33,118 bases of DNA from a virus. Lineage: Duplodnaviria; Caudoviricetes. Under the pieces are notes generated by a model. That model made no database searches and had not been told where the DNA came from. It saw nothing but the letters and a program-made list of their open reading frames with translations. Both the position numbers and the translations under genes were made by a program. Location: the IMG/VR virus record IMGVR_UViG_3300032321_000616, positions 1 to 33,118 of that record; one strand, written 5' to 3'. The stretch's first letter is position 1. Each line of letters opens with the position of its first letter. Positions 26,126 to 33,118 of this stretch are shown in pieces.

Positions 26126-29100
26126 GTGAACTCTCAAGAGCTATTTCTGGATGTGTCTAGCGGGAGGTTTTTGGATGGTCAAAGCACCATCCCAACTAGC
26201 AAGCCGACAATATTTTCTGATGAGCAGAGGAATCTAAAAATCAATGTTCTTCAAGTAAATAAAAATGTTGTTAGCCCAAAGCAACCGGCTGATGACAGTT
26301 CTTTTAGGGCTAGGCTTGGAACTACGGCATTGAAATTGGCAGATGGTCAAGCCGTAAGCACACAGCCAATCAATACGATTAGAGCCACCGCAACAATAGT
26401 AACATCGCCAGCATCTAGGACAGTTGGTTCAGCTAGGATATTTACATATACACCAGTAACAGCCAATATCATTTCCTCGATAGCAACCTTTCCAATCGTT
26501 ACTGGGGTATTTAGATTAAATGTTGATTATGTTGCACCAGTCACAGCAAGTGTTACAGCAAATTTTGCCATCCCAGTTCCCTCTATTATTACTAGGCCAC
26601 TTGGATATGTAGATTCTGGGGCTGGTGGAGTTAATATTGCCAACAGCTACGAGTTTGCAGAAAACCAAATATCGATTAACCCAGATTTAGCACAAGGACT
26701 GCGAACCACAGTAACAGCAACATTTTCCTCGGCCATACTTGGCGGCCAAGTTGTTGATTTAGATATTGTAAATAGAGGTTCTGGTTATCCAAGCGGAACT
26801 TACAGCCTTAACATTGCATCCCCCACAACTGCGGGAGCTACTTTTACTGCAACAGTATCGGGCGGGGTGGTTACAACAATATCAATCGTAACTGGTGGCT
26901 TTGGATACGGAGTCGGGCCATTCAATTTGGTATTTAGTGCAACAACTGGAACACCTGCGGCGGCAACCGCATCTTCGCTTAATGGCTCAATCAATCAAAT
27001 AACTATTACCACAGGAGGAACTAATTACTCAACTGCACCAAGCGTCACTCTCGATGCACCAACACCGGGAACAGCCGCCGCAACTGTCGTAGCAAGCGGT
27101 GGATTTATCCAGTCAATAACAATTACAAGCGGAGGGTTTGGTTATCTTTCCGCTCCCGCTGTAACGCTTTTTAGACCAACAAGATCATTATATGCAACCG
27201 GAACAGCGATTGTTGATCTAGGGTGTAAGGGAGTGAACACAAACACCACCTCTCTTATATTTAGCGACCCAGATGGTGCAGAAACACCCCCGACATCCAA
27301 AAGACCAGTTGCCTCAATAGCATATACTGGGGAGGGCACTTTGTGGAGAACCACCATTAGCGATGTTGGATATGGATATTCCGCAACTCCAACCGTGTCG
27401 CACGACGATATTCTAGCGTTCTTGCCTGTTGCAAGGATGGGGTTTAGTGAAGGTCAAGCGACTGATGTAAATGCATGGTATTCCAGAGTTGTTGATAAAA
27501 CTATTGTTGGAGGTGGCGAATTTGGGAGAATGATTAGAACTCCAGTAGTCGGCTTTTCTGAAACCGCAACAAAGATCAATCTTGGCGGCCTTAATATTAG
27601 GTTTGGCGACGGGTCGGGCATTTTCCCCGATATGTGCAAATTTATTACCGGCGGGATGGGGCAGGATGCGTCTAAAAGGTTCAAGGGATTTAATACAAGT
27701 AGTTCACCAGCTGAAAAACAAAGATCCGAGGGTGGTGGTGGAGTTATTAGATATGGCGCACAATTATTAAATGGTATTGGAGTTGTTGTAACCGGGTCTG
27801 TTTATGATCCTCGACAGAATAGAGTATTTAGACCAGCAGAAAGAGAAGGCCTACCTAGCTCTGGCAATATTACAGCAGAGGCACGAGCCGCATACTTCCC
27901 TCAAGGAACACCGGTGCTTATGTATGGCGTTGCAATTATTGGGACAATAAATCCCCAAAGACTCTATGAAGCACCAGCAACACCCGCCTTGTTCGTTAGA
28001 AACACTATTAGAAATACTCCAGATCAATTCGCAAGCCCACAACACGAAAAATTTGCTGGCAAAAGCGTCCGAGTTGCCATTGTTCCAAAAAATAGGAATT
28101 TTGCTCCGACCCGATACGCAGTTATGGAAATTGTAATCCCGCCTAGAGACACATCGTATCAAGTAGCTGTTGTAGATAAAGGCGTTAACGGCTCAGAATT
28201 TGGCTTTCAAGACTTTGGAGGAGGCAGATTTACGCCAGAGTTTAGACTACTAGACGCAGGGGCGGGGTATCCCTCAACATACAGAGAGGGATTTGATCTT
28301 GTTGAGTTGGGCGCACTAACCAGCGACCCAGTTATCTTTGAGTATAGTGGGGCAACTGTCTATACTATGCCAGCTACTTTCAATCTTGGGTTTATTGACT
28401 CGCCCTTTTCACAACCTGCCTCTATCACAACTCGACCCGGCCCAGCCTCCGTACAATATCTGCTAGGAAGCGGTGGAGTTGGATACACAAAAAGCGTAAA
28501 CATTGGATTTCAAACCGTTCAAACTCTTGGCCTAGTTCGTTCTGCCTCCCTGCTTAATGCACCCGCCTCATATTCAGATGGAACATATAGTTGTTCTGTG
28601 CAAGCCCCTGCTTCTGGAACGGCGGCACAAATAGATTTAATTGTTAGCAGAGGGGGAACAAAATCTCAAATTGTGGTTGTAAATGGTGGTAGCGGATACA
28701 CCTCTGCCCCCATTGTGACCGCCCCAGCACCAAACTTTATTAGTGGTCAAGTGAAAAGTGTTTCTGTTTTGACTCAACCTCAAGGATATTCCATTGGGCA
28801 ATCATTCTCCCTTTCAGTTCCGACAAGTCCGATTGACGGAGGACAAGCCGCTGTTCTGTTCACACAATCTGACTCTGGCTCTGTAAATGTTGTTATTGAA
28901 AATCCCGGCTTTGGATACCAAACAGCACAAGTTGCCACAGCACCAGACCCAGATAGGAGATTAGAATCTGGATTCTTAAATACCCTTGAATTGCAAAATA
29001 GCCCCAACGGATACATAGTTGGACAGTCTTACTCCTTGCAAATTGGGCAAAGCCCACAATCGGGAGGAAACGCAGTTGCAAATCTTATTAAAGAATCAGA

Positions 29101-29794
29101 ATCTAAATATGTATTCCAGATAGTCAATGCTGGTGCTGGGTATGTCTCTGCCCCTATTGTAACAGCACCAAGCCCAGACGCACCCAATGGACTACTTTCG
29201 TCAGTAGCTATAACGACTATGGGTGCTGGGTATGCACCGGGAACATACGAGGCCACAGTTGGCACAGCCCCCTCTGGTGGGCAGACCGCCAAGGTTAATT
29301 ATGTTGTTGATGAGAATTTGAGTGGTGAATATATTATTGTGGAGAGCGGTAAAGGATATACTTCAGCACCATCTATTTCTGTTCCTACCCCAGCAGGGTC
29401 TGTCATTTCCTCTATTTCTATCACTTGTGCTGGCTCTTATTATACCAGCGACAATTATAGTGCAACAATACAAGACGCAACTGGTTCTGGTGCTAGGTTA
29501 GATGTTCCAAGAATACAGAATGGGCAGTTACAAAATATCAATGTTCTGGATAAGGGATATGGTTTTACAGATAACCCAGCAATTATTTTCCCCAAGCCTC
29601 CCATACCACAATCTCCACAGTTACAAAGAAATCAGCTAGACTTAACCTTCAACATCACAACCGCCTCGGCTAACGCAATCCTATCCACGGCCAGCCAAAG
29701 AGACATCCTAATGGAAGTCTATGAGACAGACGGAACGAATGAACAAGTTGTGGCTCAAGCCACAGTCAGCCTAGCCAAGCGAGTTTTAGAATAG
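26126..29794 (+). CDS. Large repetitive tail/baseplate fibre protein
   Basis: 1222 aa with about 17 degenerate I/V-x-x-G-x-G-Y-x-x-(A)P repeats around a non-repetitive central domain. Confidence 0.7.
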   Translation: MNSQELFLDVSSGRFLDGQSTIPTSKPTIFSDEQRNLKINVLQVNKNVVSPKQPADDSSFRARLGTTALKLADGQAVSTQPINTIRATATIVTSPASRTVGSARIFTYTPVTANIISSIATFPIVTGVFRLNVDYVAPVTASVTANFAIPVPSIITRPLGYVDSGAGGVNIANSYEFAENQISINPDLAQGLRTTVTATFSSAILGGQVVDLDIVNRGSGYPSGTYSLNIASPTTAGATFTATVSGGVVTTISIVTGGFGYGVGPFNLVFSATTGTPAAATASSLNGSINQITITTGGTNYSTAPSVTLDAPTPGTAAATVVASGGFIQSITITSGGFGYLSAPAVTLFRPTRSLYATGTAIVDLGCKGVNTNTTSLIFSDPDGAETPPTSKRPVASIAYTGEGTLWRTTISDVGYGYSATPTVSHDDILAFLPVARMGFSEGQATDVNAWYSRVVDKTIVGGGEFGRMIRTPVVGFSETATKINLGGLNIRFGDGSGIFPDMCKFITGGMGQDASKRFKGFNTSSSPAEKQRSEGGGGVIRYGAQLLNGIGVVVTGSVYDPRQNRVFRPAEREGLPSSGNITAEARAAYFPQGTPVLMYGVAIIGTINPQRLYEAPATPALFVRNTIRNTPDQFASPQHEKFAGKSVRVAIVPKNRNFAPTRYAVMEIVIPPRDTSYQVAVVDKGVNGSEFGFQDFGGGRFTPEFRLLDAGAGYPSTYREGFDLVELGALTSDPVIFEYSGATVYTMPATFNLGFIDSPFSQPASITTRPGPASVQYLLGSGGVGYTKSVNIGFQTVQTLGLVRSASLLNAPASYSDGTYSCSVQAPASGTAAQIDLIVSRGGTKSQIVVVNGGSGYTSAPIVTAPAPNFISGQVKSVSVLTQPQGYSIGQSFSLSVPTSPIDGGQAAVLFTQSDSGSVNVVIENPGFGYQTAQVATAPDPDRRLESGFLNTLELQNSPNGYIVGQSYSLQIGQSPQSGGNAVANLIKESESKYVFQIVNAGAGYVSAPIVTAPSPDAPNGLLSSVAITTMGAGYAPGTYEATVGTAPSGGQTAKVNYVVDENLSGEYIIVESGKGYTSAPSISVPTPAGSVISSISITCAGSYYTSDNYSATIQDATGSGARLDVPRIQNGQLQNINVLDKGYGFTDNPAIIFPKPPIPQSPQLQRNQLDLTFNITTASANAILSTASQRDILMEVYETDGTNEQVVAQATVSLAKRVLE

Positions 29795-29824
29795 CCTTGG
29801 GGCTAATGCCCTAAAGAAATCCTT

Positions 29825-30493
29825 ATGGCTAAAGTATTACACGCTAGTGGAAGCGGGTATTTCCCTAATTGCATACAGCAAGGCTCAACTCCAACATCGC
29901 CATCAGTAGATCAATATATTCCAATTACGCTTGAGGAGGCTATGTTTATATTTTGGAAGGGAAAAGACTTAAAACTTTCTATTAGTGGTTATTTAATTAA
30001 CGGCCCCGGTTCTGGTGCATTGAAGGATACCGTAGACCCAAAGAATCAAACATTTAATCGAGGGATTGCAAGTGAAAGTGATTTGGTATGTTATAATGCC
30101 GCAAATTATAGCGGGATACATAATTATTCTATGCCCATAACTTATGAGACCACGGTTATTGATGATCCAGATTACCCGCCATTCCCGCCCGGCGATTCTG
30201 CTTTTTCATTTAGTTTGGGTTTGGCTACTAGCCCCGTGGATACCTTTTTTGCAACAAAGATATTGGCAAAGGAAAGCATCTATTATGCTAGAGTTAGAGG
30301 TTTTACAAACTTGGGCTTCTCTGGGGCTGGCGTGGGTGCTGGTGGGATAAATGTGGTCGGTCAGATTTCTATATCTTTTGGGGCACAAAATTACAGCGTT
30401 CCCTTAAGGGGAAACACATCCATATCTTCTGAAGCAATAGGGCAACTAAATGTAACCGCAGAATGGACTTCAATATACGAGTATCAAGAATAG
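29825..30493 (+). CDS. Hypothetical tail-associated protein
   Basis: 222-aa ORF between the fibre and lysis genes. Confidence 0.55.
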   Translation: MAKVLHASGSGYFPNCIQQGSTPTSPSVDQYIPITLEEAMFIFWKGKDLKLSISGYLINGPGSGALKDTVDPKNQTFNRGIASESDLVCYNAANYSGIHNYSMPITYETTVIDDPDYPPFPPGDSAFSFSLGLATSPVDTFFATKILAKESIYYARVRGFTNLGFSGAGVGAGGINVVGQISISFGAQNYSVPLRGNTSISSEAIGQLNVTAEWTSIYEYQE

Positions 30494-30496
30494 CCC

Positions 30497-30502
30497 TTGA
30501 CA
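30497..30502 (+). promoter_or_regulatory. TTGACA late-module motif (N14 to ATG 30517)
   Basis: Intergenic; heads the lysis cassette. Confidence 0.6.
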
Positions 30503-30516
30503 CCCCTCCCCTTGTT

Positions 30517-30687
30517 ATGAACCAAATCTTAGCCTTCATTCAGTCTCAAGATGTGTTTGCTTGGGTAGGTGCTTTGGTTGCCCTTCTCTCTGCCGTGATT
30601 GCAATCGCCTCTCTTATTCCCGGTGACGAGCCAGAGAATACCTTGCAGAAGGTTGTGGATTTCTTGTCTAAGTTTTCTAGGAAATAA
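30517..30687 (+). CDS. Putative holin
   Basis: 56 aa with one hydrophobic helix (FAWVGALVALLSAVIAIASLIP) and a basic C-terminus; first gene of the lysis block. Confidence 0.55.
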   Translation: MNQILAFIQSQDVFAWVGALVALLSAVIAIASLIPGDEPENTLQKVVDFLSKFSRK

Positions 30688-30690
30688 AAG

Positions 30691-30852
30691 ATGTGGGAGG
30701 CCATTCTCGCCTCGCTTGCTGGTGTAATTGGGATTATCGCTTGGTGGACAAAAAATCGTGCAAAGACCCGCAGGGAAAGAGATGATGAAGAAATCGCTTA
30801 CAAACGCCGTCTGCGAGATACGGAAGTGGACGCTTGGATTCATCGCCGCTAG
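30691..30852 (+). CDS. Putative inner-membrane spanin (Rz-like; not in ORF track)
   Basis: MWEAILASLAGVIGIIAWWTKNRAKTRRERDDEE...: N-terminal TM helix plus a charged helix; overlaps the lipoprotein gene. Confidence 0.55.
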   Translation: MWEAILASLAGVIGIIAWWTKNRAKTRRERDDEEIAYKRRLRDTEVDAWIHRR

Positions 30853-31063
30853 TTTGATTTGTGGGTGTGCAACCACCCGCCCCTACGACATTGGCGAAGT
30901 CCCGAACCAAGATTCGATTACCGACTACATTATGCGGTGGGACAAGCTCGACCGAACCAAAGCAACCCCCGAAGAATACAGACAGCTTTTTGGGCAATCG
31001 CTCAAAACGATATCTCGACTCGTGGAGGAAAATGAAAAACTCCGAAAGAGGCTTGACCAATGA
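30782..31063 (+). CDS. Putative outer-membrane lipoprotein spanin (Rz1-like)
   Basis: WTLGFIAASLICGC lipobox-like segment; partially embedded in the previous ORF; start uncertain. Confidence 0.55.
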   Translation: MMKKSLTNAVCEIRKWTLGFIAASLICGCATTRPYDIGEVPNQDSITDYIMRWDKLDRTKATPEEYRQLFGQSLKTISRLVEENEKLRKRLDQ

Positions 31064-31566
31064 CGATTCGGGAGGCCGTGGAAAGATCAAGAAAGCACAT
31101 CGAAAAGTGCGAGCCTAGTTTTGGGAAGAGAGTAGCGGCTTGGTACTCGGAGTTGATGAGCAAAAAGATTCCAGTTTTAATCTACTGCTCGGTGCGTACT
31201 CCCCAAGAGCAAGAGGAACTCTACGCCCAAGGACGCACGAAGGCTGGGGTCAAAGTCACAAACGCTCGTGGGATACCCCCGCAATCGCTCCACATTGACC
31301 TAGGTAAAGGCTCTCACGCCATTGACTATGTACCCCTGTCCCGAAGCCCCACCGGGGACTTGCTGGCCTCTTGGTCAGATGACCAAACCTATTCGATCTG
31401 CCAGAAGATCGCACAGAAACACCAGCTACGGCATCTCGATTGGGAGCAACCCCACCTTGAGGACGCAACAATTTCTGGGTGGAGGGAATTGGTGTCCACA
31501 CAAAAGCAACAAGTGAATAATCAAAAAGTTTCCCTAGTCAGTAAGCGTCCGTGGTCTAGTCGTTAA
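31060..31566 (+). CDS. Endolysin, peptidase M15 family (L-Ala-D-Glu peptidase-like)
   Basis: RTPQEQEELYAQGRT...VTNARG...SLH...AIDYV...WEQPHLE. Confidence 0.85.
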   Translation: MTIREAVERSRKHIEKCEPSFGKRVAAWYSELMSKKIPVLIYCSVRTPQEQEELYAQGRTKAGVKVTNARGIPPQSLHIDLGKGSHAIDYVPLSRSPTGDLLASWSDDQTYSICQKIAQKHQLRHLDWEQPHLEDATISGWRELVSTQKQQVNNQKVSLVSKRPWSSR

Positions 31567-31569
31567 TGG

Positions 31570-31929
31570 ATGACATTAGAGCAAGGCGTGGAGAAAACTC
31601 AAAAGCATTTTACCAAAAAACACGAACTCCATTTAACTACTTTGCAAGTTGCGGCAGTCGAGTCGATGGAGAAGAAATACAAGAGGGGAGTTGAGGAAAA
31701 CGGGGGAACGAAGTTATGGGAAATGCCCACGGCCAGATTGGTTGAGGAGTCAATAGCGGAGGCAACCGATCAAATGGTTTATCTTTTGTCCCTACGCCAA
31801 CAAATGCACATAGTTATGGAATTGGCGAAGGAAGGATGCACAGACGATACATTGACAAATCCCAGAGCTAGAGAGTGTTGTCACCTTATCTACACAACTC
31901 TTACAGGTCAATCTAAACCTCCTCTATGA
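31570..31929 (+). CDS. Hypothetical protein, possibly all-alpha NTP pyrophosphatase-like
   Basis: KY.RG.EE.G..L...LVEESIAEATDQMVYL acidic helix. Confidence 0.45.
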   Translation: MTLEQGVEKTQKHFTKKHELHLTTLQVAAVESMEKKYKRGVEENGGTKLWEMPTARLVEESIAEATDQMVYLLSLRQQMHIVMELAKEGCTDDTLTNPRARECCHLIYTTLTGQSKPPL

Positions 31930-32675
31930 AGCCCTTAAAGTTCGTTGCTTGCGGAGACATTCACGGCGATGAACAAGATGCTCCTTCGGTAAAGGCTCTA
32001 CTAGCTTTCACGAAAGAATACATCGGCAAGGATGGGGGGCTTGTGGTGTGCATCGGTGACCTCTGGGACTTCCGAGCTATTCGCAAAGGAGCAGGGGACG
32101 AGGAGCAAGCATCTAGTTTGCAGAAGGATTGGGATGCAGGGGAGGAATTTATTAGGGAGTTTTTTTCGTACGGAGATGAGAGGGTGTTCCTTCGTGGCAA
32201 CCACGACGAAAGGATATATGACTTGAGCCGCAACTCTCGAAGCGGAATAGCAAGGGACTACGCCAATGATGGGATTGAAAACATCGAGGCCATTATGAAA
32301 GAGACAAGGGGAAGAATGTTCCCTTACGATTCCGTTGCTGGCATCTACAAGTGCGGGACGCTCTCATTCGCACACGGCTACGGACACGCTATGCACTCGG
32401 CAAAGCAACACAGCGATGCTTATGGCGATGTTATCTTTGGGCATACCCACGCCATCGATTATTTTCGTAGCGTCTCCATCGACCCCCGCACCGGGTACAA
32501 CATCGGATGCCTCTGCAACAAAACCCCCGAATATAACCGAGGCCAACTGCGGAGACTACGATGGCAACACGGCTGGGCTTATGGGATGATTCATCCAGAC
32601 AAGACCCACGATGTTTTCCAAGCACGACAACGAGGAAATAAATTCCACCTACCGACAAACATAAAATCCTTCTAA
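31926..32675 (+). CDS. Calcineurin-like metallophosphoesterase
   Basis: GDIHG, GDLWD, GNHDER, HG and GHTH motifs. Confidence 0.9.
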   Translation: MKPLKFVACGDIHGDEQDAPSVKALLAFTKEYIGKDGGLVVCIGDLWDFRAIRKGAGDEEQASSLQKDWDAGEEFIREFFSYGDERVFLRGNHDERIYDLSRNSRSGIARDYANDGIENIEAIMKETRGRMFPYDSVAGIYKCGTLSFAHGYGHAMHSAKQHSDAYGDVIFGHTHAIDYFRSVSIDPRTGYNIGCLCNKTPEYNRGQLRRLRWQHGWAYGMIHPDKTHDVFQARQRGNKFHLPTNIKSF

Positions 32676-32941
32676 TGAAATCCCAACGAAATCCTTGGCA
32701 GAAACTTCTCGAAGAACACATCCAGAATAAAGAATGCCCCCCACGACCAGAGGGCTTTAAGACGAGAGAAGAAATAATGGAATTGATGGGCAAGAAATCC
32801 AGTTCGATTGATCGCATCCTTCGTGAGCTACTCGATAAAAAGAAATTGGAGGTTCGGAAAATTCAAGTGGTTCTTACAAGCAAAAAGGGCTTGAGAATCT
32901 TTAGATGGATAAAAGCCTATAAAATCCTCCCTAGTAAGTAG
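32675..32941 (+). CDS. Small basic winged-HTH-like protein
   Basis: FKTREEIMELMGKKSSSIDRILRELL. Confidence 0.55.
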   Translation: MKSQRNPWQKLLEEHIQNKECPPRPEGFKTREEIMELMGKKSSSIDRILRELLDKKKLEVRKIQVVLTSKKGLRIFRWIKAYKILPSK

Positions 32942-32980
32942 CGTGTTGATAGGGACTTACAAATAATCGTAAATAAACCC

Positions 32981-33008
32981 TTGACAAGTTGTGGGGGTGT
33001 GCTAGGGT
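32981..33008 (+). promoter_or_regulatory. Canonical sigma70-type promoter, probably producing a leaderless transcript
   Basis: TTGACA-N16-TAGGGT with extended -10 TG at 33000-33001; ATG at 33015, 6 nt after the -10 box. Confidence 0.65.
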
Positions 33009-33014
33009 TGGAGT

Positions 33015-33118
33015 ATGCAAACAACCAACAGCAATACCACATACTCGAAACAACGCCACACCTTCACCCACAATCACGATTACGAAAGCGAATCAGTCAA
33101 CGCAATCGTGTATGGTGG
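33015..33118 (+). CDS. Partial hypothetical protein (runs off the window)
   Basis: MQTTNSNTTYSKQRHTFTHNHDYESESVNAIVYG... open to the window end. Confidence 0.5.
   Translation, partial: MQTTNSNTTYSKQRHTFTHNHDYESESVNAIVYG

Noticed and set aside
432-32817. All minus-strand ORFs in the track
   Set aside because: They are antisense shadows of well-supported, tightly packed + strand genes and carry no recognisable motifs.
1-33118. Alternative genetic code, tRNA genes, integrase or introns
   Set aside because: Genes are intact under code 11 using all three stop codons, and no tRNA-sized gap, integrase or split conserved gene was seen.

Overview
This is about 33 kb of a tailed dsDNA phage, probably a siphovirus with lambda-type packaging, and all credible genes are on the + strand. 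Gene order: replication and regulatory genes (1-3.6 kb); a repeat-rich non-coding block that looks like a cos/packaging site (3.63-3.88 kb); ParB-methyltransferase, small terminase, two HNH proteins and a GpA-type large terminase; a gpW-like protein; a lambda-family portal with a roughly 390-aa multi-domain tail; protease/scaffold, decoration and major capsid genes; a glycosyltransferase/methyltransferase cassette; head-tail and tail genes, including two duplicated gene pairs and a G/GT -1 frameshift; a lysis cassette; a metallophosphoesterase; and a canonical sigma70 promoter at the right edge. The most striking unexplained features are: (1) TTGACA placed only 13-15 nt upstream of the first start codon of most late modules, too close for a normal sigma70 promoter, with a sigma4-like HTH gene as candidate reader; (2) an A9 slippage run exactly at the portal/extension boundary, followed by three modules delimited by E-L-A; (3) a glycosylation cassette directly after the capsid gene; (4) apparent absence of CCWGG with an excess of its deamination products. 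All family assignments come from motif recognition by eye; no database search was run.
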